Source: Nitrospirota bacterium
GTDB lineage: Bacteria > UBA2233
Reading direction: 5' to 3'
Length of the DNA: 64,000 nucleotides
Assembly (NCBI GenBank): GCA_011620345.1
Contig: WOZJ01000057.1
Coordinates: 101,246-165,245, forward strand
Shown here: positions 1 through 9,982 of the stretch, piece by piece
How positions within the stretch are numbered: position 1 is the first letter of the stretch
How the letters are laid out: the number at the start of each line of letters is the position of its first letter
Position numbers and translations under genes: made by a program
Notes under the pieces: model-generated
Databases searched by the model: none
Seen by the model: the letters and a program-made list of their open reading frames with translations, nothing else
Told to the model about the DNA's origin: nothing

Positions 1-1218
1 ACCCACCTAGGGGGCGACGATATAGACCAGCGCGTGATGGACTGGATCATCCAGGAGTTTAAAAAAGACCAAGGGATCGACTTAAGCCGCGACAGGATGG
101 CTCTACAGCGGCTTAAGGAGGCGGCCGAAAAGGCAAAGGTTGAGCTCTCTAGCACCCTAGAGACCGAGATCAACTTACCCTTCATCACGGCCGACGCTAC
201 CGGCCCCAAGCACCTTGTGATGAAGTTTTCCCGGGCGAAGTTTGAGCAGCTCTGCATGGATTTGTTCGAAAGGACCCTAGAACCATGCCGGAAGGCAATT
301 CAGGATTCGGGCCTAAAGGCATCAGACATCCATGAAGTCGTGTTGGTGGGCGGTTCTACCCGGACCCCAAAGGTCCAGGAGCTAGTCCAAAGTTTTTTTG
401 GGAAGGAGCCACATCAAGGAGTGAACCCAGATGAAGTTGTGGCTATTGGGGCGGCTATTCAGGCGGGAGTTCTTAAGGGCGAGGTGAAAGACATTCTTCT
501 GCTGGATGTTACGCCCCTTTCTCTGGGCATTGAGACGCTTGGAGGTGTAACGACGGTCCTGATTCAGAGAAACACGACGATTCCAACGAGGAAGAGCGAG
601 ATTTTTACGACAGCCTCGGACAGCCAGACCTCGGTTGAAATCCATGTCGTTCAGGGTGAACGCGAGATGGCCAGGGATAACCGGACGCTCGCTAGGTTTC
701 ACCTAGATGGGATTCCTGCTGCCCCAAGGGGTGTTCCCCAAATCGAGGTCGCGTTCGACATCGATGCCGACGGCATTCTGCATGTTTCTGCCAAAGATAT
801 GGCTACCGGCAAGGAGCAGAGGGTTCGAGTAACGGCATCTTCTGGGCTGAACGAGCAGGAAATCCAACGCATGGTTAAGGATGCCGAGCTTCATGCCGAA
901 GAGGATAGGAAGCGGCACGAGGTCGTGCAACTGAAGAATCAGCTTGACTCTCTAGCCTATGCACTCGAAAAAACGGTGAACGAAAACAGGGGTAAGCTAG
1001 AAGCTCCCCATATTGACGAAGCCGAGCGTGCCGTTTCTCGTGCCAAAGAAGCCCTAAGCGGAGAAGACGCGGAGGCGTTGAGGGGTGCTATCGACGAGGT
1101 AAACAATACTTCCCACAAGCTAGCCGAGGTGCTTTACAAACATGCGGCCACAGGGGAGGGTGCTGAAGGTCCACAGGGTGGAGAAGTGATTGATGCCGAG
1201 GTCACAGAAAACAAGTAA
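1..1218 (+). CDS. dnaK: Molecular chaperone DnaK (Hsp70), C-terminal ~405 aa; the 5' end lies upstream of the window
   Basis: Frame 1 from base 1 translates [20 protein letters not shown]..., the ATPase-domain end and substrate-binding domain of Hsp70 ([25 protein letters not shown] motifs). The frame is open to the window edge. Confidence 0.95.
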   Translation, partial: THLGGDDIDQRVMDWIIQEFKKDQGIDLSRDRMALQRLKEAAEKAKVELSSTLETEINLPFITADATGPKHLVMKFSRAKFEQLCMDLFERTLEPCRKAIQDSGLKASDIHEVVLVGGSTRTPKVQELVQSFFGKEPHQGVNPDEVVAIGAAIQAGVLKGEVKDILLLDVTPLSLGIETLGGVTTVLIQRNTTIPTRKSEIFTTASDSQTSVEIHVVQGEREMARDNRTLARFHLDGIPAAPRGVPQIEVAFDIDADGILHVSAKDMATGKEQRVRVTASSGLNEQEIQRMVKDAELHAEEDRKRHEVVQLKNQLDSLAYALEKTVNENRGKLEAPHIDEAERAVSRAKEALSGEDAEALRGAIDEVNNTSHKLAEVLYKHAATGEGAEGPQGGEVIDAEVTENK

Positions 1219-1244
1219 CCCAAAGCCGTTCATCCCTAGGGGCG

Positions 1245-1274
1245 TTGAAACTTTGCAGCGGCGCTGGTTATAAT
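1245..1274 (+). promoter_or_regulatory. Putative sigma70-type promoter for htpX (TTGAAA -35 at 1245-1250, TATAAT -10 at 1269-1274, 18-bp spacer)
   Basis: Hexamers read directly in the sequence about 50 bp upstream of the htpX start. No CIRCE element is visible. Confidence 0.35.
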
Positions 1275-1324
1275 AGTTCTTAGGGTAAAAAAGAGCTATT
1301 CTCCGAGAGGAGGAAGGGAGAAAT

Positions 1325-2182
1325 ATGGGCCTTCGTATCAGAACAGTGCTGCTTTTGGGGTTGCTCACAGGAGTGATCGTTCTCATGGGGCAGCTTTTTG
1401 GGGGCCGTGGGGGAGCATTATTCGCACTCGGTTTCGCTGCTTTGATGAATTTTGCGGCCTATTGGTTTTCCGATAAATTAGTCTTACGGATGTACCGGGC
1501 CAAACCTTTGACCGAACTGGAAGCGCCGGAGCTGTTTAGGATCGTTCATGGGCTTGTGCAGAGGGCGGGATTGCCCATGCCCAAGCTTTATTTAATTGGA
1601 ACGGATTCTCCGAACGCGTTTGCCACCGGAAGGAACCCCGAACATGCGGCCGTTGCCGTTACACGCGGGCTTATGGGGCTTTTAAATTCCAGAGAAATAG
1701 AAGGCGTGCTTGCCCATGAGCTTTCCCACGTGAAAAATCGGGACATTCTGATCAGCTCAATCGCCGCCACGTTGGCGGGAGCCATTATGTACATGGCGGA
1801 TATGTTCCGCTTTGCCATGTTCTTTGGTGGCTTTGGAGGCAGAGACCAAGAAGATAGCAGAGGCGGAATCTTGCCGATGCTTGCCATGGCCATCCTAGCA
1901 CCCATCGCTGCGCTCTTGATCCAGATGTCCGTTTCTCGTTCACGAGAGTATTTGGCAGATGCGACAGGCGCAAGGATCGTCGGAAGTCCCGATGGGCTGA
2001 TCGATGCCCTCAAGAAACTGGCGGACGGTACAAGAAGGCTTCCCATGGAGGCCAGCGCGGCAACAGCCCATTTGTTCATCGTGAACCCCTTAAAAGCTGC
2101 AAGCCTTGCCAACCTGTTTAGCACGCACCCTCCAATGGAGGAGCGCATCAAGAGGCTTCGACAATACAGGGCCTATGCATAG
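1325..2182 (+). CDS. htpX: Zinc metalloprotease HtpX (peptidase M48)
   Basis: 285 aa ORF with an N-terminal TM helix, the HELSHV zinc motif (HExxH) and a second TM pair. Strong RBS gagaggaggaagggag sits upstream. Confidence 0.9.
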   Translation: MGLRIRTVLLLGLLTGVIVLMGQLFGGRGGALFALGFAALMNFAAYWFSDKLVLRMYRAKPLTELEAPELFRIVHGLVQRAGLPMPKLYLIGTDSPNAFATGRNPEHAAVAVTRGLMGLLNSREIEGVLAHELSHVKNRDILISSIAATLAGAIMYMADMFRFAMFFGGFGGRDQEDSRGGILPMLAMAILAPIAALLIQMSVSRSREYLADATGARIVGSPDGLIDALKKLADGTRRLPMEASAATAHLFIVNPLKAASLANLFSTHPPMEERIKRLRQYRAYA

Positions 2183-2227
2183 GCTCTGTATAAAGCGGAA
2201 AGAAAGAATCCAGGGGGGTCTTTAGGG

Positions 2228-4486
2228 ATGATCGATCTTTCTCACTATAGGGATCGCTTGTCAGACTCCGGTTACCGGGTGCTTGCCCAGGCTATCGAGG
2301 AGTCCCAGAGACGGCATCATTTCTACCTCGGGGTGGAGCATATCTTTCTGGCCTTTTCGAAGGTCGAAATGGCTTTTTTTGAGCAGATCTTGGGCGAGCT
2401 GAGGCTTGACTCAAAAAAAGTGCTCCACGCATTGAACGAATACTTAAACGTTTGCAAGCAGTACTTGGGCGGGGGGATGAAAGTGCCGCCGCCAACCAAA
2501 TCGACCTTCAAGACGGCTTGGGACGAGGCTCAGAGAAGAGGCAGAACCTATATCGACGGCATCGACCTGTTTTTGGCTATTTTTCAAGATACAGAAGGGA
2601 TTCCGGCCAAAATTATGGAAGGTTTTGGTGTTCGTTCAGAATCTGTCGCCCAGGAAGTGATCCGCTTGGCTCGTAGGAGGGATCAGAAGGCGGAGGAGCT
2701 AGAGCGGAGGTATGATTTACCCCCCACCCTCAAGCAGTTCGGCGTCAACGTGAACAAGCTCGTGTACGAAGGGAAGGTATCCCCGATCATCGGCCGGGAG
2801 AGGGAGATTCGCGAGGTTATCGAAATTCTTTGCCATAGAGAGCGGACCAACTCGGCTATGGTCATCGGCGAGCCAGGGGTGGGGAAATCCGCCCTCATCG
2901 AAGGGCTCGCAAGATGGATTGAGCTTGAGCCCTACAAAGTGCCCAAGCGTCTCCGTGATATTCAGGTTGTCAACCTTCAGATGAACACGATCGTGGCCGG
3001 GACCGTCTTTCGAGGGATGTTCGAAGACAGGATGGAGAAGATCATCAATGAGGTCAAGGAACGCAAAAACATCGTCCTTTTTGTCGACGAGGCGCACCTG
3101 CTCATCGGTGCAGGTTCGGCGATGGGCGTTCCAGCGGATGCGGCCAATATTCTCAAGTCAGCTTTATCTAAAGGCGAAGTTCAGATTATTGGGGCTACGA
3201 CGTCTTCCGAGTACAGGCAGTTCATTCAAGAGGATGAGGCGCTTGCAAGGCGCTTCAAGCCTGTCTATATCGATGAGCCTACAAAGGAGGAGGCCAGGGA
3301 GATTGTTTACGGGATCAAGCCCAGGCTAGAGTACAACTACGGCGTGGAGATTTCGGACGAGGCGATTGACGTCCTGTTGAATATGTCCGACCGCTATTTA
3401 AGAAACACCAAGCTGCCGGACAAGGTTATCGGCTGGCTTCACACCTCCTGTGTCAAGGTCGAGTTAGACAAGCCGGACGAGCCCGTCGTAAAGCCAGAGA
3501 ACGTGCTCGAGGTGGTTGCCCAGGAATCAAAGCTTCCGATCGATATGGTCTACAGGGATACTCTGGAACGCTTTAAAGAGCTTGAGGCCCATCTTTCTGG
3601 GAGAGTTGTGGGACAACGGGAGGCAATCGCCGCGGTAACCCGTCATCTTCGAGTGAACAAGGGGCCCCTTAAGGAGAATTTTTCAAGGCCGGACGCCGTC
3701 ATGCTATTTCTGGGACCTACGGGTGTCGGCAAGACTGAGCTTGCCAAGGTGCTTGCTGAATTTTTGTTTGGCGATGAGAATCGCATGGTTAGAGTGGACA
3801 TGTCAGAGTTCCGGGATGGCGCGATAAGCGTTGACAAACTCATAGGGATGCCCCGCGGGATCGTTGGGTCTGAGCGCGGAGGGATTTTGACAAACCGCGT
3901 GAAGGACAATCCTTATAGCCTTGTCTTGCTAGACGAGATGGAGAAGGCCAGCCAGGAGGTGCTAAACCTTTTTCTTCAGGTGTTCGATGAAGGGTGGCTA
4001 ACGGATGGGCGCGGGCGAAGGGTGTATTTCAGCGATACGGTAATTGTCATGACCTCAAACATTGGGGCCGACCGGTTTAAAAAGCTCCTAAAGCCGATGG
4101 GGTTCATGGGGGAGCAGGGCCAACTGGCAGACGCCAAAAAGGCCGTCATGCGTGACGTGGAAGACGCCTTCTCGCCGGAGTTTTTGAACAGGATGGACGA
4201 TATCATCGTGTTCAACCCTTTGACTCCGGATGAAATCCGCGCCATCACTCGCATGTACTTAGACTCGATTGCTGGGCAGATGGCATCGATGCACAAAAAA
4301 CTCCGGGTAAGCGAAGAGGCGGTCGATATGCTCTCCAAGGAGGGCTATAGCATCAAGTATGGGGCTCGGTTCTTAAAGCGTTCGATCGACGAAAAAGTCA
4401 AGATGCCGGTTACGTTAAACTGGAAAGCCTCGAGCGAGTTCTTTGTCGAAGTTCAAGAAGGCCGTGTGGCGGTACGTTGGGATTAG
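2228..4486 (+). CDS. ATP-dependent Clp protease ATP-binding subunit, ClpA/ClpC family (two AAA+ modules, Clp_N domain)
   Basis: 752 aa with an N-terminal Clp_N-like repeat and two Walker A motifs (GEPGVGKSA and GPTGVGKTELAK). A sensor-2 region is present, and an MGFMG loop resembles the ClpP-docking tripeptide. Confidence 0.85.
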   Translation: MIDLSHYRDRLSDSGYRVLAQAIEESQRRHHFYLGVEHIFLAFSKVEMAFFEQILGELRLDSKKVLHALNEYLNVCKQYLGGGMKVPPPTKSTFKTAWDEAQRRGRTYIDGIDLFLAIFQDTEGIPAKIMEGFGVRSESVAQEVIRLARRRDQKAEELERRYDLPPTLKQFGVNVNKLVYEGKVSPIIGREREIREVIEILCHRERTNSAMVIGEPGVGKSALIEGLARWIELEPYKVPKRLRDIQVVNLQMNTIVAGTVFRGMFEDRMEKIINEVKERKNIVLFVDEAHLLIGAGSAMGVPADAANILKSALSKGEVQIIGATTSSEYRQFIQEDEALARRFKPVYIDEPTKEEAREIVYGIKPRLEYNYGVEISDEAIDVLLNMSDRYLRNTKLPDKVIGWLHTSCVKVELDKPDEPVVKPENVLEVVAQESKLPIDMVYRDTLERFKELEAHLSGRVVGQREAIAAVTRHLRVNKGPLKENFSRPDAVMLFLGPTGVGKTELAKVLAEFLFGDENRMVRVDMSEFRDGAISVDKLIGMPRGIVGSERGGILTNRVKDNPYSLVLLDEMEKASQEVLNLFLQVFDEGWLTDGRGRRVYFSDTVIVMTSNIGADRFKKLLKPMGFMGEQGQLADAKKAVMRDVEDAFSPEFLNRMDDIIVFNPLTPDEIRAITRMYLDSIAGQMASMHKKLRVSEEAVDMLSKEGYSIKYGARFLKRSIDEKVKMPVTLNWKASSEFFVEVQEGRVAVRWD

Positions 4487-4488
4487 AG

Positions 4489-4875
4489 ATGGACACAACG
4501 AGCGAATATAAAGGGTTTCGAATCGAGGACAAAAGAAAGCTTGGACGCGAGGGAGAAGGGAAGACGGATAGGGTCGAAGAGCAGGCAGGCTCTGGCTTGA
4601 AGGGGAGTCTCGAGGATACCTCTGTATCTTTTGTCGGCTTTCTGCTTTCTTTGCATGCCTCTGCCCTTCTTCATTTAGGCAAGCTCGCAGACCCGAGAAC
4701 CGGCCTGTATGCCCAAGACTTGCCGCTCGCAAAGCAGACGATCGATATTCTGGGGATGATTCAAGAAAAGACGCAAGGGAACCTAGCGGAAGATGAATCG
4801 GCCTTATTGAATCATATTTTATATGAGCTCAGGCTGGAGTTCGTCAAGACCAAGAACCCACCCAAAGAATCGTAA
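4489..4875 (+). CDS. DUF1844 domain protein
   Basis: Conserved DUF1844 core FLLSLHASALLHLGKLADPRTG...LAKQTIDILGMIQEKTQGNL. The ATG lies directly after the clpC-like stop. Confidence 0.6.
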   Translation: MDTTSEYKGFRIEDKRKLGREGEGKTDRVEEQAGSGLKGSLEDTSVSFVGFLLSLHASALLHLGKLADPRTGLYAQDLPLAKQTIDILGMIQEKTQGNLAEDESALLNHILYELRLEFVKTKNPPKES

Positions 4876-4934
4876 CCAGCCCTTGATCTTGTTTGAGCTC
4901 TGCTAAAGAATCGAACCGCAAAGGGGAATTTTCC

Positions 4935-6410
4935 ATGCCCGGCAAAAAGATGACGTATCTGCTTTGGGGTTCCGGCCTTCTCATTGTAGGGGCTTTCGTC
5001 GGCCTAGTTTTGTCTTCTGGACTTAAAATAGAGCTTACGCTCCACCCTTCTAAGGTGGATGCCGAGTCTCAGCCTTCGGTTCCGGTGATTGCCCCGACCT
5101 CCTTTGTCGGGGTTGTAAAGCAGGTGTATCCCGCCGTGGTGAACATCAACACCACGACGACGGTCAAGGCGCCAAGCTATCCAATGCCATTTTCCGGTCC
5201 TTCAGGCTCACCGTTCGATGATTTTTTCGAGCGCTTTTTTGGCCAAATGCCAAAAGAATTCAAGCAGCGAAGTCTGGGTTCGGGGGTTGTGATCTCAGGA
5301 GACGGTTTCATTCTTACCAATAGCCATGTAGTTGAAAAGGCCGATCAAGTCCGGGTGAGCATTCTTGGCGGCCAGACGTTCGATGCCGAGGTAGTCGGAA
5401 AGGACAAAAGTACGGACGTTGCACTGATACGCATCAAGGCAGACAAGCCTCTTCCTTCCGCAGCGCTCGGGGATTCAGACAAGCTGGAAGTCGGAGAATG
5501 GGTGCTTGCAATGGGGAATCCTGTCGGCCTGGATCATACCGTGACCGCGGGGATCATCTCTGCCAAGGGAAGAAGCCTAGGCTTGGGCGGTCTTGAAGAT
5601 TTTCTCCAGACAGATGCTTCGATCAATCCGGGAAACTCCGGAGGACCCTTGGTAAACCTTCAAGGCAAGGTGGTAGGCATCAACACGGCAATTCTGGCAA
5701 ACGCCCAAGGGATCGGGTTCGCCATCCCGGTGAATATTGTACGGACGTTCCTTCCTCAGTTGAAAACAAAAGGACGCATCGACCGCGGGTGGCTTGGGGT
5801 TTCGATCCAAGAGATTACGCCGGAAATTAGGGATGCAATGGGCTTGGGACAAGCCCAGGGGGCGCTTGTTGCCGACGTGATCAAGGGTGGCCCGGCGGAT
5901 CGGGCCGGAATCCAGAGGGGTGACATCGTTGCCGAATTTAACGGGAAGCCGATCGATCGATATTCGAAGCTTCCGTTGATCGTTTCGAGTGTCCCGCCAG
6001 GCAGTATTGCCAGGGTGAAAATCCTAAGAAATGGGAAGGCCTATTCGCTGCAGGTGAAGGTCGGGACGTTTCCAGACGAAGACGAGACAGCTTCCGGTGA
6101 TAAGGGGGCCACGAAAGAGCGTTCGTCCTCGGTCATGGGGATGACGCTTGCACCCTTAACCCCCGAGTTCGCCAGAAGGCACGGCATCGAGGCCGACAAA
6201 GGGCTTATCGTTTTGGAGGTTACACCCGGGTCTGAGGCGGATTTTATAGGGATCGCGCCGGGAGACGTGATTCTTGAGGTAGACAAAAGGCCTTTGAATA
6301 CCGTTGAGAGCCTAAAATCGATCCTGAAATCGAAACGAAGCGGAGAATCGATCCTGCTTTTGATAAAGCGCCAGGATTCGACGCTCTACCTTTCTTTGCG
6401 GATGCGATAA
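4935..6410 (+). CDS. htrA: Periplasmic serine endoprotease HtrA/DegP/DegQ family (trypsin domain plus two PDZ domains)
   Basis: N-terminal membrane anchor/signal, catalytic-triad context, GNSGGPL serine motif and two PDZ-like repeats. RBS aagggga precedes the ATG at 4935; the six-frame ORF extends back to 4893 with a TTG. Confidence 0.9.
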   Translation: MPGKKMTYLLWGSGLLIVGAFVGLVLSSGLKIELTLHPSKVDAESQPSVPVIAPTSFVGVVKQVYPAVVNINTTTTVKAPSYPMPFSGPSGSPFDDFFERFFGQMPKEFKQRSLGSGVVISGDGFILTNSHVVEKADQVRVSILGGQTFDAEVVGKDKSTDVALIRIKADKPLPSAALGDSDKLEVGEWVLAMGNPVGLDHTVTAGIISAKGRSLGLGGLEDFLQTDASINPGNSGGPLVNLQGKVVGINTAILANAQGIGFAIPVNIVRTFLPQLKTKGRIDRGWLGVSIQEITPEIRDAMGLGQAQGALVADVIKGGPADRAGIQRGDIVAEFNGKPIDRYSKLPLIVSSVPPGSIARVKILRNGKAYSLQVKVGTFPDEDETASGDKGATKERSSSVMGMTLAPLTPEFARRHGIEADKGLIVLEVTPGSEADFIGIAPGDVILEVDKRPLNTVESLKSILKSKRSGESILLLIKRQDSTLYLSLRMR

Positions 6411-6416
6411 GGGGGG

Positions 6417-7298
6417 ATGGGGAGCGTTTTTTTTTCCAAGGCGTACGCAAAGCTCAATCTGACCCTTCGCATTGCCGGTAAAAGGCCAGACGGCTATCAC
6501 GATATAGAAAGCGTCTTTGAGCAGGTTTCACTTGCCGATGAGCTATGGGTGGCCATAGGGGAAGCCGGCGTGTCGCTGCGCATCATGCCCCCAGGTATAG
6601 GGGCGGAACTTCAAAAGGACAACCTCGTGCTTGAAGCCCTTCGAATGTTTGCGCGCCGAGTTAACAGAAAGGTTGGGGCAAGGGTATGGCTTTTTAAGCG
6701 TATCCCGGTTGCGAGCGGGCTTGGAGGGGGAAGCTCGGACGCGGCGTGTATGCTCAGGATTCTCAACCATGCCTTCGGGAAGCCCCTTGCTCAAGAGGCG
6801 CTAGCAGAGCTTGCAGTTTTGTTAGGGGCCGACGTGCCTTTTTTCCTTGAACCCGGATGTCGGCTGATCTCCGGCAAAGGAGAGCGCCTAGGACGCAGCG
6901 TTGCAATGCCGGATGGGTACTATGTTATTCTCGTCCCCAAAGAGCGTGTATCTACAAAAGACGCCTACGAAGCTTGGGATGCATCATTGACAGCCCCTCA
7001 ATCCGCCTTTAGAATGGACGTTGGCAAGTTTTTATCGAACGACTTTTTTCTTCCTGTGTCCGGCATGGTAAGAGACGTTCTGGCGTGTGCACGTTATCTT
7101 GAAAAAAGCGGGGCAGAGGAGGTATCGCTATCGGGGAGCGGGCCTTCGACTTTTGGTCTGTATCTGTCGGAAACAAAGGCGAAGCGGGCCTTTATAGACG
7201 CCAAGGAAAAAGGCGTTTACGGAATTTCCCAGCCACTGAGAGGCTTGATCTTTACGCATAGCGCGCGAAAGCTTTATCCTATAGCATCTTGCTCATAG
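6417..7298 (+). CDS. ispE: 4-diphosphocytidyl-2-C-methyl-D-erythritol kinase IspE
   Basis: GHMP-kinase fold. N-terminal KAYAKLNLTLRIAGKRPDGYHDIESVFEQVSLADEL is typical of IspE, as is the glycine-rich loop PVASGLGGGSSDAA. Confidence 0.85.
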   Translation: MGSVFFSKAYAKLNLTLRIAGKRPDGYHDIESVFEQVSLADELWVAIGEAGVSLRIMPPGIGAELQKDNLVLEALRMFARRVNRKVGARVWLFKRIPVASGLGGGSSDAACMLRILNHAFGKPLAQEALAELAVLLGADVPFFLEPGCRLISGKGERLGRSVAMPDGYYVILVPKERVSTKDAYEAWDASLTAPQSAFRMDVGKFLSNDFFLPVSGMVRDVLACARYLEKSGAEEVSLSGSGPSTFGLYLSETKAKRAFIDAKEKGVYGISQPLRGLIFTHSARKLYPIASCS

Positions 7299-7313
7299 GG
7301 GCATCCTATCGAT

Positions 7314-7388
7314 TGGGGCGTCGACAAGCGGTAAGTCATGGGATTTTGGATCCCACATTCGGAGGTTCGAATCCTCCCGCCCCAGCCA
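7314..7388 (+). tRNA. tRNA-Gln (anticodon TTG), 75 nt, genomically encoded CCA
   Basis: Manual fold: acceptor TGGGGCG/CGCCCCA with a U1-A72 pair (as in E. coli tRNA-Gln), D-stem GAC, anticodon stem TGGGA/TCCCA with loop TTTTGGA (anticodon UUG), T-arm GGAGG-TTCGAAT-CCTCC, discriminator G, CCA. Confidence 0.8.
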
Positions 7389-7440
7389 TTCATAAAAAAA
7401 ACCCCGACCCACTTCTCAATATTCCAAGGGATGCTCAGCG

Positions 7441-9327
7441 GTGCTCGAAAAGATTGACGGGCCGAAGGATCTAAAGCTTCTTTCGCTTGAGGACCTCAAG
7501 TGTTTATGCCAGGAAATTAGGGAGCTGATCATCAAGACGGTCTTGGAAAACGGCGGACACCTGGCTGCTCCGCTTGGCGCCGTCGAGCTCATCGTTGCTC
7601 TCCACAGGGCGTTCTCTTCCCCCAAGGATGCCATCGTGTTCGATGTGGGCCACCAGGCCTACGCTCACAAAATCCTTACAGGCAGGCGCGGTATGTTCCC
7701 GACGCTTCGTCGCCATGGAGGGCTTGCACCTTTCCCAACACGAGAAGAAAGCATACACGACGCGTTTGGTGTCGGCCATGCGGGAACGGCCATATCAGCT
7801 TCGCTCGGAATACTTGCGGCAAAGAGGCGAATTGGTCAGGAAGGCCGTGTAATCGCGGTTCTGGGAGATGGGGGCCTTACGGCTGGCATGAGTTTTGAGG
7901 CGCTAAACCAAGAAGAGGCGCTTAAACAAGGGCTCATAGTCGTTCTCAACGACAACGCTATGTCAATTTCGAAGAACGTCGGTGCCTTAGCGAGCTTTCT
8001 TAGCAAGGCGCTTGTTTCCAGGCCTCTTCTCAGAATAGAAAGCGAGCTCAAGGGGATCCTCAAAAAGAATATCCCCTTCGGGGAGCCTCTTTATTACCTA
8101 GGAAAAGGGATCAAAGAGGGGCTGGCTAGTGGTTACCTCGACGTTGGCCTTTTCTTTCAGTCTTTGGGGTTTCAGTACGTGGGGCCACTCGATGGGCATG
8201 ATTTGTCTGAGCTTGCCTGGGCCTTTGAGCGGACAAAAGACCTTCGCAAGCCGGTTTTGGTTCACGTACGAACGAAAAAGGGGAAGGGGTTTGCCCCGTC
8301 CGAGTCGGATCCTTGCGCCTACCATGGGGTTGGCATAAAACCCAAAGAGAAGCCCTCTCCAAACGCTCCTCGCTGGAGCTATTCCAAGGTGTTTGGCCAG
8401 GCAATGATTCGGTTGGCGGAGCAAGACGACCGCGTGTTGGCCGTCACGGCAGCCATGCCGGACGGGACGGGGCTAAGAGAGTTTTTTACGCGCTTTCCGG
8501 ATCGTGCGTTTGATGTAGGCATCTGCGAGCAGCATGCCGTCACGTTTGCGGCCGGTCTTGCTACCCAAGGCCTCAAGCCTGTTGTGGCGATCTATTCGAC
8601 CTTTCTCCAGCGGGCCTATGACCAGGTAATCCACGATGTTTGCCTGCAGAATCTTCCTGTTACGTTCGTCATGGATAGGGCGGGGCTTGTGGGGGAGGAT
8701 GGCCAAACCCACCATGGTACGTTTGACATCGCCTATCTGCGTCCGATCCCAAACGTGGTTTTGGCTGCCCCGAAAGATTTCAGGGAGTTTGCTCTTTTGC
8801 TCAACACGGCCGTTTCCTCAGAGAAGCCGTTTTTTATCCGTATCCCTAAAGCGACCGCGGTCTTTAGCCCAAACGGTGGGATCTTAAAAGAAGAAACGCT
8901 GCAGGTAGGCAGTTGGGAAGTGCTTACGAAAGGGGAAGGCTTAGCGTTGTTTGGGACGGGGCGGACCATAGCGACGTTGCTTTGTCTTGCCCAGAGGCTT
9001 CGAGCGAAAGGGTTTGCTCCGATCGTGGTGAACGCCCGGTTCTTAAAGCCGTTCGACGGCGCATGCTTGAAATGGTTGAGCAACCTGGCAAACGCTTGGG
9101 TAAGCCTAGAAGATGGCGTGAAGATCGGCGGGCTGGGGTCTCTTTTGGCCGAATATCTCGCGGATTCGGGCAAGCGTTCCGTTCGGCTCTTAAGGGTTGG
9201 CATCGAGGATGCCTTCGTTCCCCATGGAGAGTTAGAAAGCTTAGAAAAAGAGTGCGGAATGGATGGTGTCTCCCTTGAAGGAAGGTTGCTTGGTTGGCTG
9301 GAAAGGGGCGAATGGGTCGAGGCGTGA
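7441..9327 (+). CDS. dxs: 1-deoxy-D-xylulose-5-phosphate synthase Dxs
   Basis: 628 aa. N-terminus LEKIDGPKDLKLL..GGHLAAPLGAVELIVALH, TPP-binding GDGGLTAGMSFEALN and transketolase-like C-terminal domains. GTG start. Confidence 0.95.
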   Translation: MLEKIDGPKDLKLLSLEDLKCLCQEIRELIIKTVLENGGHLAAPLGAVELIVALHRAFSSPKDAIVFDVGHQAYAHKILTGRRGMFPTLRRHGGLAPFPTREESIHDAFGVGHAGTAISASLGILAAKRRIGQEGRVIAVLGDGGLTAGMSFEALNQEEALKQGLIVVLNDNAMSISKNVGALASFLSKALVSRPLLRIESELKGILKKNIPFGEPLYYLGKGIKEGLASGYLDVGLFFQSLGFQYVGPLDGHDLSELAWAFERTKDLRKPVLVHVRTKKGKGFAPSESDPCAYHGVGIKPKEKPSPNAPRWSYSKVFGQAMIRLAEQDDRVLAVTAAMPDGTGLREFFTRFPDRAFDVGICEQHAVTFAAGLATQGLKPVVAIYSTFLQRAYDQVIHDVCLQNLPVTFVMDRAGLVGEDGQTHHGTFDIAYLRPIPNVVLAAPKDFREFALLLNTAVSSEKPFFIRIPKATAVFSPNGGILKEETLQVGSWEVLTKGEGLALFGTGRTIATLLCLAQRLRAKGFAPIVVNARFLKPFDGACLKWLSNLANAWVSLEDGVKIGGLGSLLAEYLADSGKRSVRLLRVGIEDAFVPHGELESLEKECGMDGVSLEGRLLGWLERGEWVEA

Positions 9328-9857
9328 GCGGCCCCTTGCGAAGGGATGAAGGGGTCGAGCGTTTCGAGGCGGAAGGCCCTGAAAATGAAGTTGAGTTTGT
9401 TCACGCGGACTACTCTGGCGTTCAAAGGGCAGAGTTTGGGCAAAGATTGGGCGCGTTTGCGATTGATTGTGGGTTTGTCGTTAGCGCTGCATGCGCCGTG
9501 GGGGTTCTGAGCCTTGGTATTTCCGGTCATGGGGCTAGTTTCCAAGAAGGGCTTGGAGCGCTTTTTGCCCGCCTAAAGGCGGTCTTATGGCTCGCGGCGT
9601 TGCTTGGTCTTGCCTATTTCGTGCTTGCGCTTTGGATCTTTGGCCGAACGCTCGGGAAATACCTCCTAGGTCTCCGCCTGATCAAGCTTGCCCCTAGGTC
9701 TCTTAGGTTCGAAGAGGCGCTCTTGAGAGAGTTAGGGCTTCTTTTTTCTCTCCTTCCGCTTGGGCTTGGCCTTTTATGGCCCTTGTTCGATGCCGAGCGT
9801 CGAGCACTCCATGATTATCTAGCAGGGACGCTCGTCATCCGAACTTCTCGAGGCTAG
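9294..9857 (+). CDS. RDD-family membrane protein (start uncertain)
   Basis: Two to three hydrophobic helices and an RDD-domain-like core (FGQRLGAFAIDCGFVV ... GRTLGKYLLGLRL). It overlaps the dxs 3' end, so the true start is probably an internal GTG or ATG. Confidence 0.5.
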   Translation: MAGKGRMGRGVSGPLRRDEGVERFEAEGPENEVEFVHADYSGVQRAEFGQRLGAFAIDCGFVVSAACAVGVLSLGISGHGASFQEGLGALFARLKAVLWLAALLGLAYFVLALWIFGRTLGKYLLGLRLIKLAPRSLRFEEALLRELGLLFSLLPLGLGLLWPLFDAERRALHDYLAGTLVIRTSRG

Positions 9858-9982
9858 GCGTGGTGGAGGCTGCAACGGGAGGTCGGCCCTTTCGTGCAAA
9901 GCCAAAAAGGGAGCTGTTCGTTCCGTATGCGTGCTTGGCTTGAAAGAAAAGAGGACTATCCTATCATAAAGAAGGAGGCGGC

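Noticed and set aside
1230-1324. CIRCE/HrcA operator search upstream of htpX and elsewhere in the heat-shock cluster
   Set aside because: No TTAGCACTC-N9-GAGTGCTAA-like inverted repeat is present.
7289-7474. 61-aa ORF spanning the ispE-dxs intergenic region
   Set aside because: It is entirely explained by the tRNA-Gln gene (7314-7388), whose cloverleaf is unambiguous. No RBS is present.
8733-9545. 270-aa minus-strand ORF antisense to dxs, and similar long antisense ORFs (15870-16547 over fabF, 24017-24709 over murD, 31808-32500 over ftsZ, 43606-44241 and 45376-45927 over PFOR, 50710-51336 over ccmA/ccmB, 52799-53404 over ccmF)
   Set aside because: All overlap well-supported conserved genes on the opposite strand. 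They have low-complexity Arg/Ala/Pro/Ser-rich products typical of high-GC antisense frames, with no RBS or recognisable motifs.
9858-9982. Possible Moco riboswitch upstream of moaD
   Set aside because: The segment is only ~125 nt and I could not recognise the conserved Moco-motif elements. The idea is left unsupported.
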